DNA from: an uncultured Prevotellaceae bacterium
GTDB taxonomy: Bacteria > Bacteroidota > Bacteroidia > Bacteroidales > Bacteroidaceae
NCBI GenBank assembly: GCA_902792855.1
Contig: CADBBP010000001.1
Coordinates: forward strand, 24,784-88,783
Direction: 5' to 3'
DNA length: 64,000 nt
A program made the translations under genes and the position numbers. Positions 55,188-62,868 of the stretch are shown piece by piece (the stretch's first letter is position 1; the number at the start of each line of letters is the position of its first letter). Below the pieces are notes generated by a model. The model saw only the letters and a list, made by a program, of their open reading frames with translations. It did no database searches and was not told the DNA's origin.

Positions 55188-55797
55188 AGAAACTCGTTAG
55201 AATCTGACACTAAATAAAAAATACGACCTGCGGTTGATGATTGACGCTGAAAGCGTCACCACTCAGTAACACTGTCCGTAGGACCTGCGGAATCACAATG
55301 GCAAAGATGTGCACTCTGAAAAAGTGACTGTAGATAACCTCATAGGTCGAAAAAAATGGAAAAATATCCCTCGCCAAAGGCAAATTCCTTTGGTATTTGC
55401 TCCTTATTAAAACTAAAGGGATTTTCATCCGTACAGGTCGAATTTTGTTGTAATATTGCCCCTCCCGCCTCGGTTGCTTGAAGTAGGGTATGCATCCAAA
55501 AATCCTATGACCATCCTCAAGGTGAATAATAGGGATTGATTCAAGTTGTTTCAAGCAAGTTAGCCGAAACAGTATTTGGGAAAGAGGCTGGAAACGATTG
55601 AGATTAGAATAGACATTTCTCACCGTGAGAAATCAATATCGACTACAAAAATACACTTTTTTGTCGGAATTGCCAACTATTTTGATTGAAAACCTACGAA
55701 ATTTTGACAAATTGTTTCTTGCTTGTCATTTTGATATAAATACCATTATTCATTCTTTACTCATTCCCTCATTCATACCAGTAAAAAAATGAGGTTA

Positions 55798-55817
55798 TGC
55801 TAAACATTGTTTAGCAA
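55798..55817. repeat. left copy of a 20-bp inverted repeat, itself nearly palindromic
   Basis: The sequence tgctaaacattgtttagcaa is the exact reverse complement of 55899..55918. Confidence 0.9.
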
Positions 55818-55822
55818 GAAGT

Positions 55823-55867
55823 CACCTTGAAAAATGCATTTGTCTATTTTTCAAGGTGTGTTTTTTC
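55823..55867 (+). terminator. strong intrinsic terminator lying between the two inverted repeats
   Basis: A perfect 13-bp stem, caccttgaaaaat/atttttcaaggtg, is followed by tgtttttt. No annotated gene lies directly upstream. Confidence 0.6.
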
Positions 55868-55898
55868 GTATTCATCTCTCCCGAAGAGAATGAGAGAT

Positions 55899-55918
55899 TT
55901 GCTAAACAATGTTTAGCA
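55899..55918. repeat. right copy of the 20-bp inverted repeat
   Basis: The sequence ttgctaaacaatgtttagca is the exact reverse complement of 55798..55817. The centres are about 101 bp apart. Confidence 0.9.
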
Positions 55919-55988
55919 AAAAAGCATGATGACATCTATAAGGCTTTTGCCCTGTCGGGGCGCAATCTACTCCGTTATTTACCATTTA

Positions 55989-56062
55989 CCCAGGGCGTTG
56001 CCCTGGGCTGATATCTCGTTGGCCTTGCAGGCCGCCTTTGCACAAAAAACCATCCGCAAAGG
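55989..56062. other. cluster of three consecutive GC-rich hairpins in an AT-rich gap
   Basis: The hairpins are cccagggc-gtt-gccctggg (55989-56007), ggcc-ttgca-ggcc (56021-56033) and cctttgc-N14-gcaaagg (56035-56062). Confidence 0.5.
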
Positions 56063-56166
56063 ACAAAAAATAACCCGTAAGACACATTCAAAAGCATACC
56101 GAGTTGATTAACGCCAAGAACCAGCACCCAATGAAAGGGAACATTGGCTGTTGTCACTTATAGATG

Positions 56167-56209
56167 AAAAAGGCCGGAAGGTGTGCTTCACTGCACACGC
56201 CTTCCGGCC
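56167..56209 (-). terminator. intrinsic terminator ending the minus-strand operon
   Basis: The arms ggccggaaggtgtgc and gcacacgccttccggcc pair with one bulge. On the minus strand the hairpin is followed by ttttt. Confidence 0.7.
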
Positions 56210-56240
56210 ATCTTTGTTGTCTATCAAAAGTGTTGTGATG

Positions 56241-56456
56241 TTAGTCTTTTGGTTCTGTCATCATAACGCACTCCATCTGGTTGTATTTTATCACATAACC
56301 GCCGCGCTCCCAGTGGAGCAGCTTCATCAGCGTACGACTGTGGTTGAGGAACACGTACACGTTGCCGTCCGAAGGCTTCCTGCCCAATGCTGGGTCAGTC
56401 AGGCCGCACAAGGGGAGGAATCCTTTGCGGAGGTCTATATGGGAACTGTAAACCAA
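56241..56456 (-). mobile_element. IS66-family accessory protein TnpB (Orf2)-like remnant
   Basis: HIDLRKGF...GLTDPALGRKPSDGNVYVFLNHSRTLMKLLHWERGGYVIKYNQME matches the D-M/L-RKGF ... P..G..FVF.N.R....K.L.W...G......KRLE pattern of IS66 Orf2. It has no ATG, is truncated at the C-terminus, and has no adjacent transposase or IS ends. Confidence 0.6.
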
Positions 56457-56488
56457 GAAGTGGTTGGTCTGGAAATTGTGTTTGTTGT

Positions 56489-59400
56489 TTATTTGATGGC
56501 TACTTTCTTGCCATTGTTGATATAAACGCCTGGCCTGTTGGGTAGGCCGTTGATGCGGCGGCCGTCGAGGGTAAACCAGAGAGGTTTGAGGTTTGAGGTT
56601 TGAGGTTTGAGGTTTTGGATTTCCTCATTGCCAGTTTCTCCACCATTGAAGTTGAGTACGAATGCACTGACCATTGAAGTCTTGTCACCAGCATGGAGTT
56701 CGTCGGCCAGTTGGAAGTAACCACGGAAAGCGTTGGCAAACGACACGGCCTCACCATTGGGATAATAGAGTTTGTTGTCTGCCCCCATGAGCAGGATGCT
56801 CCGATTTTGTCTTCCTTCCTCATAGACAACGGGGGCGTAAGTTCCCTTGAATGTGATGTAGTCGGTCGCCTCGTCTATTAATTCCGCTGTCAGCACCGTC
56901 ACATCCTCAAACACCGGGTCAACCGTATTTTCTCCTTTATCCCACCATCTCACGATATATGGTTTTCCAGCCTTCACTTCCCATCCCTCGGGATCGGCAA
57001 AGTCAAGTGTCAGCGTCTTGGTAGCCAGGTTGAATGAAGATCCGGTCAGTTCCATGGCATCAGCCTGTCCGAAAGGCGAGGAGTATGTCATGGCCATGTC
57101 AAACGGCAGACAGATGGTGTTCCATCCCTTGTCTTTGTAGAATGTGCGTCCTTTGAGAGTGAAAGTATGCCTTGCATGGTAGATGAGAGAGTTCTCCGGG
57201 CGGTCGAAGTATTGGTTGCGGGTTATCAGCAGGTTCAGTGCGTCTGTATTGTCTCGGCCATCCACTGCCAAGGGTTCTGCCACCCCTTCCACATCGGTGC
57301 TTGAATAGCCGAGGTTTCCGTTCGGGCTGGTCTGCCCGATGCCGACTCCGAGGGATGTGTCGTATGGATGTGTATCATCGCCCCAATATGTTGACGGCAC
57401 ATCGTTGTCCACCACTACAGGTGCGTTATCATAGTAGTTGTTGCTGGCGTGGGCGGGGTATTCATTTCCGTCACGGTCGGTTGCCGCCCTGTTGTCGCCC
57501 GTGATGGATCCGAAATGACCGAGGGGGTCTGCGCCGCTGACGTGAATGCTACCGAAGAAAATGTTGTCGCTCATCGTCGCCTCTCTGACATTGGTGGTCA
57601 CATCACCCGTTTCCATGTTTATCAGCGACTGGGCGTATGTGGTGTTTCCGCCGCAGATGCCTCCGAAGTGCGAAACATTCTGGCAACCGTCGCCGTCGCT
57701 GATGGCTGTCTTGCTGACACTGCTGTTCTGAATGGTTCCTCCGAGATTGTTTCCGGTCACGCCTCCTACATATTCGGCATTGTCGGCCACGGCGGAAACT
57801 GAAGCCTCAACGATATGGCAATTCGTCACCGTTCCACGGTTTTCTCCTGCCACTACACCTACGTTTCTTGCTCCTGTCACAGTGGCTTCCTGTATGAACA
57901 AATCCTTCACCACCGCACCCTCAGGCAAAATGCTGAAGAGTCCAATGTAATCGTTGCTGTATTCATCAGGACTGTCGTTTAAGGACGCATTGATGCCTCT
58001 GATGTTCCTGCGGTTTCCATCAAAAGTGCCCTTGAAAATTTTGTTTATGTCCAACATAGCGATGCTTCCCACTGGTTCCCATCTGTGACCTGGCATGTAA
58101 AAGTCCTTGTCATCGGCAAGCTTCACCGTCCATCCTTCGAAGTTGTTTCCAAGCACGTTCACCTCGTAGGCAACCCTTGCCAACTCCTCTTCGCTGTGCA
58201 GGACGAGCAGCTTGTCCGTTTCCGATATGTCGGAGAAAGTTTCCGAACGATAGTAAATCCAGTTGTCGTTGGCGATGGCTATTCTTGAAGCAATTGCGAC
58301 GTAGATGTCGGCAGAGCCCATTGTAAGTGTCATGCCGTCGGACGTAGCATCGCCTGTATCTCCAAAGGAATAGGGAAGAATCATCAGTCCAAGTGGCTGT
58401 ACCCCTTCCGCAGAGGTTTCAGCGAGTTTCAGTGTGACTTCAAGATTCTGCGGTGCATAATAGACTCCATCGTAAAAGAGCACTCCGTTGTCGTATGCCG
58501 TGACACCTATATAATCGCCTTCTCCATAGACGGTCTTCTCATCATCGATTTCCACGTCTTCGGCAAGTATGATCTTGTGGGCCAGCAGGAAATTGTTGTT
58601 ATAGTCGCCGACGAGAGAATTGTCGGTGTAATAACTGTTGGGGGTGTAACCTGTTGTCACGAAAGTCCATCCGGCAATCGCACCTTCTGCACTGCCTCCC
58701 AAGTCTGTTCCCACACTCACATGGTCACCTAAATACAAACAGTGCTGGATGTTGGGCGTGCTGCGGTTGTTAGAACCAATAATTCCGCCAAATTCCTTGC
58801 ACGCATGATGGCCGTCATTGTCAATGTATGCGGCACTGACACACCCCCGGATGATACGGGGTGCGTCGGTGTTGACGTTAGTGCTGGGCTGATAACCTAC
58901 GATTCCACCAATGTAGTTCGTTCCATTCCATTGTTTGTAAGTGTTGTAGTATTCGCTCCATGCCGCCTTCAGGATCACGGTGGAAGTGGCGCGGCAGTTT
59001 TCGATGATGCCCAAGTTATAGCCGACGATACCGCCCGTATAATGTCCCGTGAAGGTGTTGGAGTCGCTGACAAGATTCTTGACAATGCCATTGGAGCCTA
59101 CGACACCGAATATGCCATTGTAACCGTTGCTACTACTATACGTGCTTCCAGATTTTCTTACATATATGCCGCTTATGCTATGCCCTTTGCCGTCAAACAC
59201 GCCATCAAACGGGTTATCATGTTTGCCGACAGGTGTGTAATTGTTTTCTGTCCCATCATATACCAAACTGGCTGTCAATTCCACATACTTGCCTTCATAA
59301 GAGTTTCCACTGTTGACTCTCGATGCCAAGTAGTCCATGTCATTGGTGTTATTGATGAGATAGGGGGCCTCTTCTGTTCCAGTTCCGTCAAGGGCATACA

Positions 59401-61084
59401 GGCTAACGTGGGTTTCTTGTCCCGGCATCTGAATGCTGTTTGTCCTCACACACTCGTCATTGACAACATACCATGCGTCCTGATTGGCGAATGTCAGAGA
59501 GGCAGTTTGTTTAGCATAGTAATTCCCATCAAAGAAAAGAATGTCATTATAGGATGTAATCCCCGGGAAGTCGCTTGTTCCGTATGTGCTTACTACGGTG
59601 TTCGTCAATGTCACACCTTCATCCATTGTGAGTGTGTATGCCTGTTGGGCTTCACCGTCAGTTAATGTAGGCTCTGTGTAGAAGCAGTTGCTTACATTTG
59701 CCAAGTAATTATCGGAAACCGCATACGCGTTGGTTCCGATGATGGATGCCCCCAGATAGATGCAGTCGGTCAGATCGGCCTTGTTATAACCAACCAGTCC
59801 CGCCACGCACTGTCCGTTTCCGGAGACTTGGGCGGCACTTGAGCATCCCGACAGGGAACCGCCGTTGGCCTTGCCTATCAGTCCTCCTGCGTTTGAGTAA
59901 ATACTTTCCTCGGACAAGCCTTTGACAGTCACGCTTGACTTGACATGACAGTTTCTGACAGTAACTGCGTCTTCCAAAATACCCAACAACGGTCCCACGC
60001 AATTGTCTGCTTGGAACGACGAGTTTTCGATACATATATTATCTATGGTGGAAAAGTTGGCACCTCCCATTACGCCGGCGTACGAACCGGTGGTTTGTAT
60101 GTGAATGTTGTCAAACTTGATGTTTTTCACGGTTCCCGTCACATAGGGAATGATTCCCACGTAATCCTTATCGGTCTTGATGTTGATGCCGCTTATCGTG
60201 TGTCCATTGCCGTCGAGCGAGCCGAAGAAGCTCTTCTCTTCAGAGCCGACAGGGGTGAAATTGTTTTCTTCCGTCTCGTCATACGCCAAGTCTGCCATCA
60301 GTTTCAAATAGAAATTACTTTCCTCGGTATTGTCAAGGGAAGTGCTGTTAATCATGGCGATGATGAAATCCAATTGCCACTTGTAGTATATTTCGTAAGG
60401 ATTGTCTGGGTCTGTCATGTCACTTTGTCCGACACTGCGCATGTCATCACCGATATCCTTGACGAAGTTGCAGTTCAGTCCACTTGGCAATGACGCACTC
60501 TTATAGACATGCACTTTGGTTGCCTTGTTGTCCTTGAACTCCCATGTGTTGTTCCAACTGATAGAAGAGATGTTGTTCTGGTAGAAATAGATGTCGGATA
60601 CCGCATCGCAGTAGGCAAAAGCGCCATAGTCGGAGTCGGTGGACCCCGGATGTCCCATCCTGGTGATGCTGCCACCAAGATAGATGGTTCTCAACTGGTC
60701 GCACCACAGGAATGCCGCCCCGCCGATGGTCTGCACCGATGCCGGGATGACGAGCTGTTGCACGGCGGTTTCCGCAAAGGCGTAGTCGCCGATGGACTGC
60801 AACCCGTTGGGGAGTGAGATAAAGGCAAGTTTTGGAAACTTAGCAAACGCATTGTTTCCTATGGATGTCACCCCGGATTTCACGACAACTGTCGTAATGT
60901 CGTCTTTACGACTGTACCAGGGGGTGTTTTCGCTAATGTCATAATCGGCCATCGCCCCCGTTCCAGAAATAGATAAAGTATGGGTTGTGCTGTTATAATC
61001 CCAATGGATGGCAGCATTTGTGTTCATCACATTCAGCATCGTCATGATGACGGTGGAAATGATGATTGAAAACGTTCTTTTCAT
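56489..61084 (-). CDS. 1531-aa BspA-type LRR + GLUG-repeat surface protein with a WNT-x-x-LPF domain and a T9SS C-terminal sorting domain
   Basis: It has a signal peptide and N-terminal LRR_5-like repeats (VTSIGNNAFAKF, LQSIGDYAFAE, VQTIGGAAFLWC). At least 9 GLUG-like motifs are present (AGGLIGKANGG, TGGIVGYNLG, IGGIVGYQPS, FGGIIGSNN, VGVVAGENRG, VGGVTGNNLGG ...). It also has RTFYKDKGWNTICLPF and NAFRGYFQL. The C-terminal tail is LWFTLDGRRINGLPNRPGVYINNGKKVAIK. Confidence 0.85.
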   Translation of the reverse strand: MKRTFSIIISTVIMTMLNVMNTNAAIHWDYNSTTHTLSISGTGAMADYDISENTPWYSRKDDITTVVVKSGVTSIGNNAFAKFPKLAFISLPNGLQSIGDYAFAETAVQQLVIPASVQTIGGAAFLWCDQLRTIYLGGSITRMGHPGSTDSDYGAFAYCDAVSDIYFYQNNISSISWNNTWEFKDNKATKVHVYKSASLPSGLNCNFVKDIGDDMRSVGQSDMTDPDNPYEIYYKWQLDFIIAMINSTSLDNTEESNFYLKLMADLAYDETEENNFTPVGSEEKSFFGSLDGNGHTISGINIKTDKDYVGIIPYVTGTVKNIKFDNIHIQTTGSYAGVMGGANFSTIDNICIENSSFQADNCVGPLLGILEDAVTVRNCHVKSSVTVKGLSEESIYSNAGGLIGKANGGSLSGCSSAAQVSGNGQCVAGLVGYNKADLTDCIYLGASIIGTNAYAVSDNYLANVSNCFYTEPTLTDGEAQQAYTLTMDEGVTLTNTVVSTYGTSDFPGITSYNDILFFDGNYYAKQTASLTFANQDAWYVVNDECVRTNSIQMPGQETHVSLYALDGTGTEEAPYLINNTNDMDYLASRVNSGNSYEGKYVELTASLVYDGTENNYTPVGKHDNPFDGVFDGKGHSISGIYVRKSGSTYSSSNGYNGIFGVVGSNGIVKNLVSDSNTFTGHYTGGIVGYNLGIIENCRATSTVILKAAWSEYYNTYKQWNGTNYIGGIVGYQPSTNVNTDAPRIIRGCVSAAYIDNDGHHACKEFGGIIGSNNRSTPNIQHCLYLGDHVSVGTDLGGSAEGAIAGWTFVTTGYTPNSYYTDNSLVGDYNNNFLLAHKIILAEDVEIDDEKTVYGEGDYIGVTAYDNGVLFYDGVYYAPQNLEVTLKLAETSAEGVQPLGLMILPYSFGDTGDATSDGMTLTMGSADIYVAIASRIAIANDNWIYYRSETFSDISETDKLLVLHSEEELARVAYEVNVLGNNFEGWTVKLADDKDFYMPGHRWEPVGSIAMLDINKIFKGTFDGNRRNIRGINASLNDSPDEYSNDYIGLFSILPEGAVVKDLFIQEATVTGARNVGVVAGENRGTVTNCHIVEASVSAVADNAEYVGGVTGNNLGGTIQNSSVSKTAISDGDGCQNVSHFGGICGGNTTYAQSLINMETGDVTTNVREATMSDNIFFGSIHVSGADPLGHFGSITGDNRAATDRDGNEYPAHASNNYYDNAPVVVDNDVPSTYWGDDTHPYDTSLGVGIGQTSPNGNLGYSSTDVEGVAEPLAVDGRDNTDALNLLITRNQYFDRPENSLIYHARHTFTLKGRTFYKDKGWNTICLPFDMAMTYSSPFGQADAMELTGSSFNLATKTLTLDFADPEGWEVKAGKPYIVRWWDKGENTVDPVFEDVTVLTAELIDEATDYITFKGTYAPVVYEEGRQNRSILLMGADNKLYYPNGEAVSFANAFRGYFQLADELHAGDKTSMVSAFVLNFNGGETGNEEIQNLKPQTSNLKPLWFTLDGRRINGLPNRPGVYINNGKKVAIK
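56581..56615 (-). repeat. heptanucleotide microsatellite, 5 x AAACCTC on the coding strand, inside the CDS
   Basis: The plus strand reads gaggttt x5 exactly. The repeat encodes NLKPQTSNLKP in the loop just before the last conserved strands of the T9SS sorting domain. Confidence 0.95.
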
Positions 61085-61137
61085 CTTTAAAAAGTTTTTA
61101 AAGTAAATCTAAGTCTGCATATAAAGTAAAAAAGAGA

Positions 61138-62781
61138 TCATTCCTTTGTTTCTTCACCTGACTTCCAGTCGCCGTCTATGATGTCTCCCACCAGTCCGCT
61201 ATGATAGCTTTTGAAGAAGATGGTACCCACATCGAGATGGCTTTCCTTGCCTTCACCCTTGTAGGTGACTCCACGCAGTTTGCCCGTTCCCCAGGCTTTC
61301 TTCATCGACTGGTAATTATCGTAGGGAACCACCCTGTCGCCCTCGCTGTGGAAGAAGGTGAAATGTGCGTAGGGTGGCGGGGTGAAGTTGTATGCCACGC
61401 TGTTTTTCTGCAGACATTTCTTGAGAATGGCCAGCTTCTGGTAGTTGGCACCCTTGATGAGTTTCCCGGTGGCGAAATAGTTGTATGCCGCCGGTGTAAG
61501 CATCTGGTCGGCAGACAGCCCGCCGTCGTCCCGCAACTTGATCTCATCCGGATGCTCTTTCGCATATTTATAGACGAAGGCGCTGCATTGGTCAGTATTG
61601 TTGTTTTTGGAGGCGATAGCCTCGAAGATTCCCGAATTGATGAACCCAGGGTTGCAGAAGTCTGCCGGTGTGCATTTGGCTGCTATCATCTCCGGGTCGT
61701 AGTCGCACAGTCCTTTGAGCACCATGGCCGGCGCCACCGGCATTTCCACGTAATTGGTCGTGCAATAGTAGGTCAGCGTGGCGAACGGGTCGTGAGGACC
61801 GTCGCCGCATACGGCACCGGCAATAGGGAGGTTCTTCGCCCACGCCTCACCCTGATGTTCCAGGAAATAGCGGTATGTAGCGGCCGATACCGCCCCTCCC
61901 TGCGAATAGCCTTCAATCACGATTTTATAGTCTTTGTCGATCTTCTCACCATGTCCGTCAGGCCCCCACAGGTCTGTGTTGGAAGTGAACCAGCCGATGC
62001 CTCTCAGCAGGGCTATGATGCACTGTCGTGCCTGTACTTCGCGTATGAGATAAGGATGTGGCACATCTTTTGACTCTCCATATCCTTCATAGTCGGGCAT
62101 GATGACAAGGTATTCGTCAAAGGCGGCCCACTCTCCTGCCATCACGTTGGAATTGCTGCTCTTGTATGAAAATGATTCCGCCTCGACATAGTTCGTCGGG
62201 CGCTCCCCGTCGCTGGCAATCGTCCAGTGGGGACACAGGATTACGTGCTCGGCATTGAGGTTGCAGAATGCATTGCGGGGAAAGATTGCCAGGGCTGACA
62301 TCCTTCTTCTCTTCCCGTCGGCGCCGACGTCCATATAGGAGAGGACAGCCCATCCGTAGGTGCCGAACATCTGTCCTATGCCAGCCATCAAGCTGTTAGC
62401 CGGGTCAAGGGCCTTGAGTGAATCAAGTGCATGCTGATAGCCTGCGGGGTCGGCTTCTTTCACCGAATCCGACTTGTGCTCGCAGTATGCCTCTATCTCC
62501 TGGAGTCTCTGCTTGTAAAAGTCCAGTTCCATCATATCGTCAGCATCATTGCTCTGCGAAAGCTCCTTGATGATGTTGCGGTAGTCATCGAGCAGGTTCC
62601 CGACACCACTGTCACAAAGTTTAACGGTTGAATCACTCGCTTTCAGCAATTCATCGATTTGTACGGTCACGTCTTCGACTTTGCCATCGTCGTCATCGTC
62701 ATCGCTACATGCTGTAAATACCGGAACTGCTGTCAAGGCTATCGCCGAAGCGAGCAACAGGGCTGTTCTATTCTTTTTCAT
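61138..62781 (-). CDS. surface lipoprotein, secretory-lipase (LIP)-like alpha/beta-hydrolase
   Basis: The lipobox is PVFTAC, followed by SDDDDDDGK. It has PDYEGYG, the nucleophile elbow EGYSQGG and the late acid motif HSEGDRVVP. It is a paralogue of 301..1710. Confidence 0.7.
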   Translation of the reverse strand: MKKNRTALLLASAIALTAVPVFTACSDDDDDDGKVEDVTVQIDELLKASDSTVKLCDSGVGNLLDDYRNIIKELSQSNDADDMMELDFYKQRLQEIEAYCEHKSDSVKEADPAGYQHALDSLKALDPANSLMAGIGQMFGTYGWAVLSYMDVGADGKRRRMSALAIFPRNAFCNLNAEHVILCPHWTIASDGERPTNYVEAESFSYKSSNSNVMAGEWAAFDEYLVIMPDYEGYGESKDVPHPYLIREVQARQCIIALLRGIGWFTSNTDLWGPDGHGEKIDKDYKIVIEGYSQGGAVSAATYRYFLEHQGEAWAKNLPIAGAVCGDGPHDPFATLTYYCTTNYVEMPVAPAMVLKGLCDYDPEMIAAKCTPADFCNPGFINSGIFEAIASKNNNTDQCSAFVYKYAKEHPDEIKLRDDGGLSADQMLTPAAYNYFATGKLIKGANYQKLAILKKCLQKNSVAYNFTPPPYAHFTFFHSEGDRVVPYDNYQSMKKAWGTGKLRGVTYKGEGKESHLDVGTIFFKSYHSGLVGDIIDGDWKSGEETKE

Positions 62782-62868
62782 TTGATTGATACTATTTGAT
62801 TGTTTAATTTATCTTACAACGGTTTTTTATCTTGGTAGATGTCCAGACCCACGAATCACCGCACTTGC

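Noticed and set aside
55224-55290. A possible CRISPR or short direct repeat (gacctgcgg occurs twice, 57 nt apart).
   Set aside because: There are only two 9-nt copies, no regular repeat-spacer periodicity and no cas genes in the window.
55210-55623. A 137-aa minus-strand ORF in the AT-rich gap.
   Set aside because: Its composition and codon usage are unlike every confident gene in the window. It has no motif, promoter box or ribosome-binding context, so it is most likely a chance ORF in AT-rich DNA.
55926-56157. Overlapping ~60-aa ORFs on both strands (…PRALPWADISLALQAAF… / …RYQPRATPWVNGK).
   Set aside because: They are translations of the GC-rich hairpin cluster. Palindromic DNA gives open frames on both strands. 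I treat the cluster as a structural or repeat element instead.
58742-62073. Plus-strand ORFs of 307 aa (58742..59665), 182 aa (59945..60493) and 290 aa (61201..62073) opposite the adhesin and lipase genes.
   Set aside because: They have no motifs and atypical composition. The minus-strand genes have signal peptides, repeats and a CTD or catalytic motifs.
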